NCBI GenBank assembly: GCA_043808095.1
Contig: JAZDFF010000024.1
Coordinates: 7,868-71,867 of the forward strand
Source of the DNA: Candidatus Omnitrophota bacterium
Lineage (GTDB): Bacteria > Omnitrophota > Gorgyraeia > JAZDFF01
DNA length: 64,000 nucleotides
Direction: 5' to 3'
The notes under the pieces were generated by a model. It did not search any database. It was not told where the DNA came from and was given only the letters and a program-made list of their open reading frames with translations. The position numbers were made by a program, and so were the translations under genes. This document shows positions 7,010-17,275 of this stretch, piece by piece. Each line of letters opens with the position of its first letter. Within the stretch, counting starts at the first letter, position 1.

Positions 7010-10000
7010 TTAAATAACCGAGTGCTCAATAATCTTATCATTATGCAAGATCAAACTTTCATACAATAGTTCCATCTGGGAGGATATTCCCTTGGAATCA
7101 TAAAATCTATCGATTACACCCCTGGCTTTTTCAGCTAAACCATTTTGGCTTAAACCGTTATTTAATATGCCTATGACCGTGTCGGAGAATTTTCCGGGCG
7201 TATCACCTATATAAACAGGATCTTCGGGCTCTATCTTTAAACCTTTGACTGACTGGCTGGTGGCAACTACGGGTATGCCCATAGCCAGGGCCTCTAAAAT
7301 CTTTACCTTAAGGCCCGCGCCTTTGCGTATGGGAGAAACTAATAATTTTGATCTTGCCAGGTAGGGTCTAACATCATCTACCTCGCCGACTATACGGATA
7401 TTCTTATCATCCTTTATTTTCTCTAAATCAATACTACCCATATTGGAGCCTATAATATGGAAATTTACCCCGGGCATTTTGCTTTTGATTAAGGGGAATA
7501 TTTTATCACAGAAATATAACAGCCCGTCGACATTGGGATAATGTAACATATGGCCTACGAACAAAATATCTATGCTTTTGTTAATATCTTTAGGCAACTG
7601 GTATGAGGCAAGATCAATGCCAATTGGGATGACAGAGATTTTGTCTGGAGACACTGCTCTTCTGGCGATTTTACGGTCCTCCTCTGTAAAGGTAACTATC
7701 TTATCGAAATAAAGATAAATCCGCTTCTGGAAAAGTACCCAATTCAACCAATCGAAAAACCGGAAAATCCTTCCGAAGGCAGGTTTTTCGTAAGAATTGC
7801 TCAGGGTATAAATACTCGTATCGTGTTCAACGAGAATTTTGGGGATATTTGGGATAAATTTTGCATAATAAGCCATGTTAGCGTATTCAATCTGGACTAA
7901 ATCTATACGATAGTCATTAAGGCAGCTCTTGATAAGGCCTGCCATCTCCTTTGCATAAAAGTATTTTATGAAGGCGGGAAGTGTCACCTTATTAAACACG
8001 CTATGCCAGGTGGGACGCCGTAAAACAGTGAAAACCTTTTTGCATAACTTGTTTAATTCTGGAATATGTCTTTCCTGATCCTGGTTTTCAATAAAGGAAA
8101 CTAAGATAATTTCATATTTATCCCTTAAACTCTTCAGTGAATTATACATCTTGATTTGGCCGCCGGACTTTAAGGGATAGGGTAAAAACGGAGTAATGAA
8201 CATGATTGTCGGTTTAGAAGATATATCTTGATTGTCATTATATTTAAAATCCTGATAAATTTCTTGAGAATTATGGAATATCTCTTTATCCGTCTTAAGA
8301 TAATAGCTCCTGTTATAGAATCTCCGGCTTAAGGCTTTCGTCAAACTACCCAAGGTCATGAAATAACCTCTTAACATAGCCTTTTTTTCGCTCTTAAGGC
8401 TAAAATATAACGGGAAGAGCAGGAAATGTTTTAAAACCAAATCTAAATCAGTAATATTTTTCCAGGTAAACAATAATTCATTTTTTACTTCGATAGAGCG
8501 GGAAAATGAACCAATGGTCCCATGCATTTTATGAAACATTAAGCTTTTTGGTTCATATATTACGCTAAAACCCATCTTTTGCGCTCTGTATGATATATCA
8601 ATATCCTCCCAGCTATAAGGCTCAAAGATATTATCAAAACCACCTAAGGCCAAAAATTCTTCTTTCAAAAAACAGGCTGCGCAACCCACGGCAAACATAG
8701 TTGACGAAGGGCTTTGGATATAAGGCGTAGCTGACACATCTTTTTCATTCCAAATATGGATATATCCATAATTAAAATCACCAAAAAAGTTGCCGTTGAT
8801 AAAGGTTTTTCTATCCCAGGCATAGAGTCTCGGACTAACAGCAAAAGTATTCTTATTTTTTAAATGGTTTATCAGATGTCCTAATGAATCTTCAGTAACA
8901 ATAATATCGTTATTTAATAAGATAATTATCTCGTTCTTTGCTTGGCCTATACCGATATTACAACTTTTGCCGAAACCCAGATTCTTCTCGTTAGAAATTA
9001 TCCTAACGCGAGGAAAATAAATCCTTAGATAGCTGGCTGTCTCGTCGCAACTGGCATCATCGACAACCAGGATCTCATTTCCAAAATCAGCCTTAAATTC
9101 CTTAGTTTTATATATTGACGACAGGCATTCCTTAAGATACTCCAGACCATTATAAGAAGGAATGACTACACTAATCTTTGATCCGGTTTCGGTTTTTCTT
9201 CCAGGTTTAGGAGGTATTTGCTTAATACTAAATAACTTCACCAATCTCCAAAGAATGCCTTCGGCAAGGAAAATTAACGCCAATAAAAAAGAAATAGGAT
9301 ATAGCAATAGAGCGAACAATAAACATACCGGCTGTGAAATATTTTTTACAGAATTATTCAAAAAGTTTCGAGTACTCAAAATCAAAGTCCATAATGGTCG
9401 CAGGACAAATCTAAATCCTTCTGAGGAATAAATGTCATTTAACTCTTTTAGTTTCTGGCTAAGAGTCTCCCGGGTTTCAATAAGCGCGGACCTTACGAGA
9501 TCTACTTCTTTTATCCTTTGTTCTAATTGAAATTTAGTTTGCAAAAGTACGGTCTTTAAAGAAACGAATTCTTTGTCTTTCTCAGAAATACTCTTTATGC
9601 ACTCTTTTATATTTTTTTCTTTAGCTAATATTTCCTTGATTAGAAAATTACTCTCAGAATTGTTAATCTTCTTTAATTCTAAGAAAATCTCATCTAAAAT
9701 ATTTTTTATATCTTCATTTTTATTATGTTTAACTAATTTAAAAATCACTTCGGGTAGAATCTGGAAAATTTTTCCGGTATGCTCTAGATGTTTACGACAG
9801 CTAAAATATCCCTTGCCAAAAAGGACTCCAGCTAAATTCTTAGGATAATGTTTGGCAACAAAAAACAATCTGTTGCGCTCTATGTAAAATTGAGAAAACT
9901 CATCACTTGCTGTTCCGTGAAAGGCATGATAAATCATACTTTCGGGTACGAATACGACCTTAAAACCTTCGTCTTTTATCCTTTTTGCCATATCCACGTC

Positions 10001-10567
10001 TTCAAAATAAATGTTAAAATCTTCATCTAAAAGACCTACCTTATCAAAAATCTCTCTGCGAAACATAACGGCTGCACCGCAAAGGCTGGACACCTCTTCT
10101 GGTTTATTATATCGACTGGCTTCTTCGCCGAATCCCCGCTCTGCCCAGTAAAAGTTCGGTAATTCAATATGTCCAGCATTCTGGATTCTGCCGTCCATAA
10201 GCAGAATTTTACTGCCAGCCATTGCGATTCTTTCATCCCTGAGCATCGCTTCCACCAAATTTATCAACCAATCTTTATCTGCCCTGGTGTCATTGTTTAT
10301 TAGAACAATAAAATCACCCTTTGCCTGCCTTATGGCCAAGTTATTAGCCTTACAGTAGTTATTAACATCATTCTGGAGTATTTTAACCTTAGGATAATTT
10401 TCTTTGACAAAACCTTGTGAACCATCCACAGAGCCGTTATCAACCATAATTATCTCTATCTTCGAATTTGGATAATTTAGTGCAAATAAAGAATCAAAAT
10501 AGTCTTTTAAGTGTTTCCTGCCGTTGTAATTCACGGTAATTACTGAAACAAAGGGATACTCTTTCAT
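7010..10567 (-). CDS. multidomain glycosyltransferase (GT2 - coiled coil - GT2 - GT4/group 1)
   Basis: 1185 aa. FVSVITVNYNGRKHL...DNGSVDGS (GT2). Central coiled-coil/TM region. ISVVIPSYNGLEYLKEC...VDDASCDET (second GT2). C-terminal EALAMGIPVVATS (group 1 GT). Confidence 0.8.
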   Translation of the reverse strand: MKEYPFVSVITVNYNGRKHLKDYFDSLFALNYPNSKIEIIMVDNGSVDGSQGFVKENYPKVKILQNDVNNYCKANNLAIRQAKGDFIVLINNDTRADKDWLINLVEAMLRDERIAMAGSKILLMDGRIQNAGHIELPNFYWAERGFGEEASRYNKPEEVSSLCGAAVMFRREIFDKVGLLDEDFNIYFEDVDMAKRIKDEGFKVVFVPESMIYHAFHGTASDEFSQFYIERNRLFFVAKHYPKNLAGVLFGKGYFSCRKHLEHTGKIFQILPEVIFKLVKHNKNEDIKNILDEIFLELKKINNSESNFLIKEILAKEKNIKECIKSISEKDKEFVSLKTVLLQTKFQLEQRIKEVDLVRSALIETRETLSQKLKELNDIYSSEGFRFVLRPLWTLILSTRNFLNNSVKNISQPVCLLFALLLYPISFLLALIFLAEGILWRLVKLFSIKQIPPKPGRKTETGSKISVVIPSYNGLEYLKECLSSIYKTKEFKADFGNEILVVDDASCDETASYLRIYFPRVRIISNEKNLGFGKSCNIGIGQAKNEIIILLNNDIIVTEDSLGHLINHLKNKNTFAVSPRLYAWDRKTFINGNFFGDFNYGYIHIWNEKDVSATPYIQSPSSTMFAVGCAACFLKEEFLALGGFDNIFEPYSWEDIDISYRAQKMGFSVIYEPKSLMFHKMHGTIGSFSRSIEVKNELLFTWKNITDLDLVLKHFLLFPLYFSLKSEKKAMLRGYFMTLGSLTKALSRRFYNRSYYLKTDKEIFHNSQEIYQDFKYNDNQDISSKPTIMFITPFLPYPLKSGGQIKMYNSLKSLRDKYEIILVSFIENQDQERHIPELNKLCKKVFTVLRRPTWHSVFNKVTLPAFIKYFYAKEMAGLIKSCLNDYRIDLVQIEYANMAYYAKFIPNIPKILVEHDTSIYTLSNSYEKPAFGRIFRFFDWLNWVLFQKRIYLYFDKIVTFTEEDRKIARRAVSPDKISVIPIGIDLASYQLPKDINKSIDILFVGHMLHYPNVDGLLYFCDKIFPLIKSKMPGVNFHIIGSNMGSIDLEKIKDDKNIRIVGEVDDVRPYLARSKLLVSPIRKGAGLKVKILEALAMGIPVVATSQSVKGLKIEPEDPVYIGDTPGKFSDTVIGILNNGLSQNGLAEKARGVIDRFYDSKGISSQMELLYESLILHNDKIIEHSVI

Positions 10568-10580
10568 AATAAATATCGGC

Positions 10581-11630
10581 TTAAATTAAATTTTGCTTCT
10601 CTATGAAATTGTAAAGGTATTCTGCTGCAATATTGTGTCCCGATAAATTGAAATGCCCGTAGGCAGGGAAATTTGTATCATTGTAAAGATGTTCTTTTGC
10701 CTCGATAACGTCGGCTAAATTACAAACGTTTTTTATCGCCAGGTCCTGATTTATAGTAAGGGCGTCTTTGCCCAAAATACCGCTTGAAATAAATTCGACT
10801 CTCTTTCTTTTCAAAAAATTGTAAATATGAGAGACATGGATCCTGTAATTATCATACCCTAACATGTAATAATACTTTTTAGGTACCTCTTCCATGGTAT
10901 TCGGCGGGTTCCACTTAACATATGTTACCTCTTCTAGGCCTGGATAAGGATAAATTAACTGTTCATGATAATACATTCCTAATATTTTTTTCTTAAAAGT
11001 TAGCCAGTACTTTCTTATTGATTTATTACTTGTTTGTTTATTTATTAATATATCAACACCTCTAAAAAAAGTATGAAAAAAATAAGATTTATTATATAGA
11101 TATTTTAGGGGCGTGATGTCCGACTTAATGTAATTGCAAATATGTGTATCATTTTCACAATATATAAGTATAACCATATCCGGATTGAATTTAATGACCT
11201 TTTCCTTAATGACCTCGAATTCCTGCGATGTATTGTATCCGGGTACTGAAAAGTTTATAACTTCAAATTTATTTGCTCGCCTTTCATTTAATAATCTTTC
11301 CAATATTTTAGGAAAGCTATTTTCACCACCCACCCCCCAGCCAAAAGACGTAGAATCACCCACCACGGCTATCCTGTAAGTCCCTAGTGGCTTATGAATT
11401 GGAAAATATCGGTCATTTAAGCCCTGGGAGTTAATCTTGGTCTTCAGAATAGGCGCGATATAACCCGGATAAAGCTCGTATACCACCCGATCATTCTTAG
11501 ATGGTCTATACCCTTGGCAATAAAGCCTTGGGTTTAGCCTTACAAATAACTCTCCCAATAGAGACAAGAATATTAATGCCGAGACTAAAATAAAAATTCT
11601 AAAAATCAATAAGGAACGCTGTTTCATCAT
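10581..11630 (-). CDS. SGNH/GDSL-family hydrolase, membrane-anchored
   Basis: N-terminal TM helix, then RIAVVGDSTSFGWGV (GDS(L) block I). Confidence 0.6.
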   Translation of the reverse strand: MMKQRSLLIFRIFILVSALIFLSLLGELFVRLNPRLYCQGYRPSKNDRVVYELYPGYIAPILKTKINSQGLNDRYFPIHKPLGTYRIAVVGDSTSFGWGVGGENSFPKILERLLNERRANKFEVINFSVPGYNTSQEFEVIKEKVIKFNPDMVILIYCENDTHICNYIKSDITPLKYLYNKSYFFHTFFRGVDILINKQTSNKSIRKYWLTFKKKILGMYYHEQLIYPYPGLEEVTYVKWNPPNTMEEVPKKYYYMLGYDNYRIHVSHIYNFLKRKRVEFISSGILGKDALTINQDLAIKNVCNLADVIEAKEHLYNDTNFPAYGHFNLSGHNIAAEYLYNFIEKQNLI

Positions 11631-11649
11631 TTAACCAAACTGTAAAAAA

Positions 11650-12630
11650 TCACCATTGCCCAGATGATGTCGTATTCAAATTCAGCACATCTTGGTCTTT
11701 AATATACCTGAAAATATTATTAGCGATTATTGAATAACCTTCTTTATTTGGATGCCAATTGTCACGCAAAAGATATTTCTTAATTGACTCCTGTTTGGTT
11801 ATCGCATTAAAAGTATCGTCATTTCGAATTAGGGGTATATTTTCTCTTGCAGCAAGCGAAATAAATTCATCGATAGAAATATAAGAATTGGAATTAATAT
11901 GATAAGTCATTAGCAAAACGCGGATGTTGCTTTTTTTTGATTCTTCGATTATATTCGAAATATCGTATCTCCACATTTTTACGAAAGAATCCTTATGAGT
12001 TATTGCAAAATCATAGATCCATTTTTGAGGTGGAAAACGAGAAAACTGGGGGAATCCTATAAAAGAATAACGATTGGCCAAGATATGCTTGGAATTTTCT
12101 TTAATAATAAATTTCAGATAAAGGAAGCGTAACATCTTAAAAGTCCTTGAGTTATTCAGCATGACTAATGATTTAATTTTCAGCGTATCGTTATCGGAAT
12201 TATTTAAAAATTTAACTACATTGCTTTCTCCTAATGACCATGCGTTATTTATCCCGGCCATCAAAATAATCAGCCCTGGTCTATACAATTTAATATAATG
12301 CTTAATCCTGTTTGAAATTTGAGAAGTATTTTGTCCGATATGGATAGGAATGATAACATTGATATCCGCATTATGATAATATTCTCTCAACTTACTTTCT
12401 AATTGCTTTGGATATGAATCCTCGAAATCAACCCATAAACCCGCGGTAGATGACTCGCCCAGACAGATAATATTTATTCCTGTATTGAATTTCCGGTCCT
12501 GGCCATCATAATAGAATTTCTTAAGATATAAATAACCTGTGATTCTTAATACTGCTTCGAAAACACAAATAGAAATAACAAAATAGAGAAAAGCCGTTTT
12601 CAGATTAGATAAAAATTTATTTTTTGACAT
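11650..12630 (-). CDS. SGNH-hydrolase-like protein, membrane-anchored
   Basis: N-terminal TM helix. IICLGESSTAGLW (GDS-like block). C-terminal DNWHPN (DxxH catalytic pair). Confidence 0.5.
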   Translation of the reverse strand: MSKNKFLSNLKTAFLYFVISICVFEAVLRITGYLYLKKFYYDGQDRKFNTGINIICLGESSTAGLWVDFEDSYPKQLESKLREYYHNADINVIIPIHIGQNTSQISNRIKHYIKLYRPGLIILMAGINNAWSLGESNVVKFLNNSDNDTLKIKSLVMLNNSRTFKMLRFLYLKFIIKENSKHILANRYSFIGFPQFSRFPPQKWIYDFAITHKDSFVKMWRYDISNIIEESKKSNIRVLLMTYHINSNSYISIDEFISLAARENIPLIRNDDTFNAITKQESIKKYLLRDNWHPNKEGYSIIANNIFRYIKDQDVLNLNTTSSGQW

Positions 12631-15600
12631 TTATAAAATTATTAACTGCCAATATATAATTTATTCTACTTTTTATTTCTTTGCCGATTACATTAAAATT
12701 AAGATTCTTCCTGACATCCTCTTGAGCAATTTTACCGACCTTTAGAGATAACTCTTTCTTTTCATAAACACATCTCATCAATTCTGCAGCATGTTGGATA
12801 TCCGGCTCTGCCCAAACCTTGCCTTTTCTGTACGGGCCGATGTCTCGATTTATATCGGTTAATCTATATTTTACAAGATAGCTATTAGAAACATTCATAA
12901 AATCGGTATTTCCGGAATAACCCGTGGCAATAACGGGTTTTCCTAAATACATTGCCTCAGCCATTGTTAGGCCAAACCCCTCCGAACGGTGCAAAGACAC
13001 ATAGGAATCGCACAAAGCCATAAGAGTGTTAATCTCTTCTTTAGTAAAATATCCTTCGATTATATTGATATTATGACCCCGCGAAACCTCGTTCATAACC
13101 TTCATTGCCGCGGGGTCAAAAGATTGATTGCAGCATTTGATAACTAATCTGACTTTTTCTAGCGGGGAAAAGGCCTCTTTAAAAGCCTTAATAACAGCAA
13201 GGGGGTTTTTGCGTTCAAAGTAGCTTAAGAAATCAAAGACAAATAGAAATATAAAATCATAATCGTTTAATCCAAAATACATCCTGTCTGCATCTTTAGC
13301 TTTATCAATCGACACAGAAATTGGCATCTTGATAACAGGAACTGGAGATTTTCTGGCAATAGCGGCAAGGCTGAAACTGCTGGGAGTCCAAATTTCATTA
13401 CAGTAGCTAAAACCTTCGAGCCATTCATCAGGAAAATCGGAAAGCTCCCAATTCCAGACTCCGATGTTATATTTATTCTCAAAATAACCCTTGCCTTTCT
13501 CCACATATAACCTTGAGAACATATCTGCGTTCACATGGATCAAATTTATATAATAGGGGTTGCTTGAAGAAAACCGGGAAAAAGAATGATCATTTTGCCG
13601 GGAATATGAATGATCAGGGATATTTAGTAAAGACACGCCGACACCTGCCTGTTCTAGGCATCTGATATTTGCCCTTGCACATTCGCCAACCCCGACTTCC
13701 GCAGTCAGATACCCCCAGATATTCACTCCTTTCGTGCTGCCTTCATCTTTAGCGTATACTGAATCTTTGGAATATAATTTAGAAAAGTTGAATACTTTTG
13801 ACCATAAACGCATCTCCATTGATTTTAGATTGCTTATCATCTTTAAGTTGTTGCGGAATAATATCTTCAAATATTTCTTAAAGAAGTTTCTGATTATATT
13901 TATAATTTTTATCCTGAGATTAACCGCCAGCACTAGCTTTCTCTCGGACTTATTAGCATAGATCTTGCTTAAAAATATGTCCTCGAGCATATATTCTTGC
14001 TTGGCGTTTAGAAAAAACCAATCTGAAAATGCCTTCCGGTGAAAATTAAATACATCAGGGTAAATGCGCTTCACATCCGGACGGCTATCATATATGCCTA
14101 ACATCAATCTTGTAATGCTGGGTTTTTTGGTATCAGCATCTTCATTTAGCCATTTCAAGAAACTATATCCTCTTGTTGTATCAAACGGATTACCAAATTT
14201 ACTCTTCAAAGCGCCGCCGGCCTCCCAATAAATTTTTCTCGCCGCATCCGGAATACTGATGCCATTGTCAAAAAACGTAAAGTGACAAGGCCAACTCCTG
14301 TTTTCCTCATACCCATGGCTCATAAGATGCTCTTTATACAGATCAAATATCGGGCTCATATGTTTTATATCTTTTAATAGGTATCTATCCTGGTGCTTGG
14401 AAATAGAGTTTATATTATCAAGCTGAACACCGCTAAAATGCAGGAAATTTACCGGTTTGTTATCGATCAAAAAGCGAGAACCTTCAATATAGACCTTTCG
14501 GTAATGAAAATTCCAATAGGCAATATTGTAACTATGGTCTCTTAATATAAAAACATCTTCAAAAAAACCGGGTATTAAATCAATCCATTTCTGGTCTACA
14601 AAAAGCCCTCTTTCAAGGTCAACTTTACAATAACGATTTAAACGTTCCTGCCACCATCTTAGTAACACCCCCGTAGAATTCTTATCGGATAAAGCGATAA
14701 AACCCAGATTATACACCCCGCTTCTTAAAATATCGCATTCATTTGGCTTGTGAGTATCTTTATAAGGCTGGGTTATATGGGGAATAAGGACTATGGAATA
14801 TTTATCTAAAAGACAGAAAAGTTCGTTAAGATTATTTGTTATTAAAATATCCGGGTCAAAGAATACGAGTTTTTTAAGGCCGTAATGCTCAAATAAAAAC
14901 TCCAAGAAAAATGGTTTTACCGCAGTATTTAGTTCCGTTAAGTTATATTGAAAACAGAATTTATCAAAATCCGGGATTTTATGCTTTATCTGGTCGACCT
15001 CGATTAAGGTAAAATTCTCTTTATTCGGGTCAAAATATCCGTCAATATAATCGGTTAATAAAACAAATACCCTGCCTTTGTTATATTTTAAGTAAGAGTC
15101 GGCTAATACGCGCGCATAGGCCAGGTAGTTTTTGGAAATTATTGTACAGATTCCAATTTGGCCGGTATCGACTCCAGGAGCCCCGACTTCCAGAGGAGGG
15201 CACGCATCTCTTGAAACTAAAAGTTCCGAGGATTTATTGCCCCTTGCTATCTGCTTAATTTCCCAGAGCATCGTCCAAAGCGGCTTCACCAAATACCTAA
15301 ACGCCGTAGAAGTATAGACATCATTCAATTCCTGCTCTCTTCTTTTTATCTGGTAACTTAAGCTATTTATATAAGTATCTTTTTCTTTAATGGCCTGACT
15401 AATATTATTTACCTCAAGGCCAAGAATATTTATGGACTGCTCTTTTTGTTGGAGTGCATTATCCAGTTTTGCTATCTGTAGATTAAGGTCTTTTAGGTTG
15501 GTCTCTTTTTCATTAATAAGTTCGCTCTTATTATTTAATTCTAAATTTACATTATTTAATTCTCGGGTAAGAACGCAGATTTCGTTATCTTTATCTTTTA

Positions 15601-17275
15601 TTATCTTATTTTTATTTTCGATGTCTGAATTTAGATTGTTGAGTTGTATATCTTTTTCTTGTAGTGTATACTCTTTCTTCTGTATCTCTAAATTCAGGTT
15701 TTTAGAATAATCGTCTTGTCTTTTAATGAAATCATCCAATTCTTTGAATCTAAGATTTAGGCTGTTTAAATACTCGTCTTTGTCCTTTAAAAGCTTTTCT
15801 CTTTTTTCAATCTCTGAGCCTAAGCTCTTAAGCTGGGAGTCTTTTCCCTGAATTAACCCGTCGCGAGTACCGATTTCTAAGACAAGGCTATTGGCGTATT
15901 TATCTTTATCCTGGATTAGTTGGTCTCTTCTATTAACTTCAAGACTCAGATCCTTAAGGTGCTGGTCTTTATTTTTTGCTTCCTCGTACTGCTTTTTGAC
16001 CTCTGCCTCTAGGCTAACCAGATAATCATCTTTCTTCTTTATGGCCTCGTCTCTTTTATGGATCTCAAGATCCAGGCTTCTAAGATTTTGGTCTTTGTTT
16101 TTTGCTTCCTCATGCTGCCTTTTAACCTCAGTCTCTAGGCTAACCAGATAATCGTCTTTATTCTGTATAGCCTCGTCTCTTTTATGGATCTCAAGATCCA
16201 GGCTGTTTGCATAATCTTCCTTTTCCTTTATGGCAAAGTCTCTTTTATTTATCTCTGAACTAAGAATGCCGATATATTTTTCTTTTTCCTGGATTAATCC
16301 CTGGTTTGACTGCAGTCCTTTTGAAAGATTTTCAATTTCTCCTAAAAGGATGCTTCTTTCATGATGAGAGGCCTTTTTCAACTCGTTGAATAATCCGGCT
16401 AAGGCCCTCTTTGTGACTCTGGTTTTATGATGTTTGATTAATTTTAGTACCAAATCAAGCAGTATTTGATAAAAATTAGTCTGAGATTTTAAATCCTTAT
16501 GAACTGTAAAATATCCTCTGCCTACCAGGGCGCTGCTTAATTTTTGCGGATAGTGTTTTGCAACTAAAATAAGCCTATTTCTCTCGGTATAAAATGCCGG
16601 TAAATCGCCCCGTGAAGTACCGTGATGTTTATGAAAAACAAGGCTCTTTGGCGCGTATAGTAACTGCCAGCCTTTTTTCTTTAATCTCATGGAGATATCT
16701 ACGTCCTCCAGGTACATATTGAAATCTTCATCAAAATAGTCAACGTCTTTTAATGCCTTTTTACGGTAAAGGACAGAGCAGCCGCATAGGCTAGAAGTTT
16801 TCTCTAATTTATCGAATTGGCCGTGATCTTTCTGGTTAGAACCTTTATCTTGCCAGTAGAAATTCCGCAATGCTATATGGCCAATACTCTCTATCCTGCC
16901 GTTAGTAAACAGGATTTTACTGCCAACCGCGGCAATGGACTTAGCAGTATTCATAACCTTCATTAACTCTATTAACCAATCTTTATCTATCTTGGTATCA
17001 TTATTAAGAACAGCGATAAATTGGCCTTTTGCCTTTCTTATGCCTAAGTTATTTGCGCGGCAATAGTTGTTAATATCATTTCGAAGAATCTTTACTTTAG
17101 GGTATTTCCCTCTAACAAATCTAAGTGAACCATCGGATGACCCGTTATCGACCATAATAATCTCTAATTTTGTCTTAGGATAATTAATCCGGTATAAAGA
17201 ATCAAAACAGTTCTTTAAATATCTTTTTCCGTTATAATTGATAACGACTACTGAGACTGAAGGATAACTCTTCAT
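12617..17275 (-). CDS. giant multidomain glycosyltransferase (GT2 - long coiled-coil repeat region - central domain of unknown function - GT4)
   Basis: 1552 aa. SVSVVVINYNGKRYL...DNGSSDGS (GT2). ~250-aa heptad/KD-rich repeats (SLDLEIHKRDEAI... x2 near-identical). C-terminal EGFGLTMAEAMYLGKPVIATGYSGNTDF (group 1 GT). Confidence 0.8.
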   Translation of the reverse strand: MKSYPSVSVVVINYNGKRYLKNCFDSLYRINYPKTKLEIIMVDNGSSDGSLRFVRGKYPKVKILRNDINNYCRANNLGIRKAKGQFIAVLNNDTKIDKDWLIELMKVMNTAKSIAAVGSKILFTNGRIESIGHIALRNFYWQDKGSNQKDHGQFDKLEKTSSLCGCSVLYRKKALKDVDYFDEDFNMYLEDVDISMRLKKKGWQLLYAPKSLVFHKHHGTSRGDLPAFYTERNRLILVAKHYPQKLSSALVGRGYFTVHKDLKSQTNFYQILLDLVLKLIKHHKTRVTKRALAGLFNELKKASHHERSILLGEIENLSKGLQSNQGLIQEKEKYIGILSSEINKRDFAIKEKEDYANSLDLEIHKRDEAIQNKDDYLVSLETEVKRQHEEAKNKDQNLRSLDLEIHKRDEAIKKKDDYLVSLEAEVKKQYEEAKNKDQHLKDLSLEVNRRDQLIQDKDKYANSLVLEIGTRDGLIQGKDSQLKSLGSEIEKREKLLKDKDEYLNSLNLRFKELDDFIKRQDDYSKNLNLEIQKKEYTLQEKDIQLNNLNSDIENKNKIIKDKDNEICVLTRELNNVNLELNNKSELINEKETNLKDLNLQIAKLDNALQQKEQSINILGLEVNNISQAIKEKDTYINSLSYQIKRREQELNDVYTSTAFRYLVKPLWTMLWEIKQIARGNKSSELLVSRDACPPLEVGAPGVDTGQIGICTIISKNYLAYARVLADSYLKYNKGRVFVLLTDYIDGYFDPNKENFTLIEVDQIKHKIPDFDKFCFQYNLTELNTAVKPFFLEFLFEHYGLKKLVFFDPDILITNNLNELFCLLDKYSIVLIPHITQPYKDTHKPNECDILRSGVYNLGFIALSDKNSTGVLLRWWQERLNRYCKVDLERGLFVDQKWIDLIPGFFEDVFILRDHSYNIAYWNFHYRKVYIEGSRFLIDNKPVNFLHFSGVQLDNINSISKHQDRYLLKDIKHMSPIFDLYKEHLMSHGYEENRSWPCHFTFFDNGISIPDAARKIYWEAGGALKSKFGNPFDTTRGYSFLKWLNEDADTKKPSITRLMLGIYDSRPDVKRIYPDVFNFHRKAFSDWFFLNAKQEYMLEDIFLSKIYANKSERKLVLAVNLRIKIINIIRNFFKKYLKILFRNNLKMISNLKSMEMRLWSKVFNFSKLYSKDSVYAKDEGSTKGVNIWGYLTAEVGVGECARANIRCLEQAGVGVSLLNIPDHSYSRQNDHSFSRFSSSNPYYINLIHVNADMFSRLYVEKGKGYFENKYNIGVWNWELSDFPDEWLEGFSYCNEIWTPSSFSLAAIARKSPVPVIKMPISVSIDKAKDADRMYFGLNDYDFIFLFVFDFLSYFERKNPLAVIKAFKEAFSPLEKVRLVIKCCNQSFDPAAMKVMNEVSRGHNINIIEGYFTKEEINTLMALCDSYVSLHRSEGFGLTMAEAMYLGKPVIATGYSGNTDFMNVSNSYLVKYRLTDINRDIGPYRKGKVWAEPDIQHAAELMRCVYEKKELSLKVGKIAQEDVRKNLNFNVIGKEIKSRINYILAVNNFINVKK
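15946..16204. repeat. two near-identical tandem ~126-bp repeats inside the giant glycosyltransferase gene, encoding a duplicated 42-aa coiled-coil unit
   Basis: Direct comparison of 15946-16077 with 16078-16204 gives roughly 90 percent identity (ggtctttattttttgcttcctcgtactgc... versus ggtctttgttttttgcttcctcatgctgc...). Both end in ctcgtctcttttatggatctcaagatccaggct. More diverged copies extend to ~15450. Confidence 0.8.

Noticed and set aside
9162-10236. Several 60-90-aa plus-strand ORFs inside the large glycosyltransferase genes (for example 9162-9431, 9573-9848, 13734-13961, 15432-15710)
   Set aside because: These are antisense frames within well-supported long minus-strand CDSs, low complexity, with no start context.
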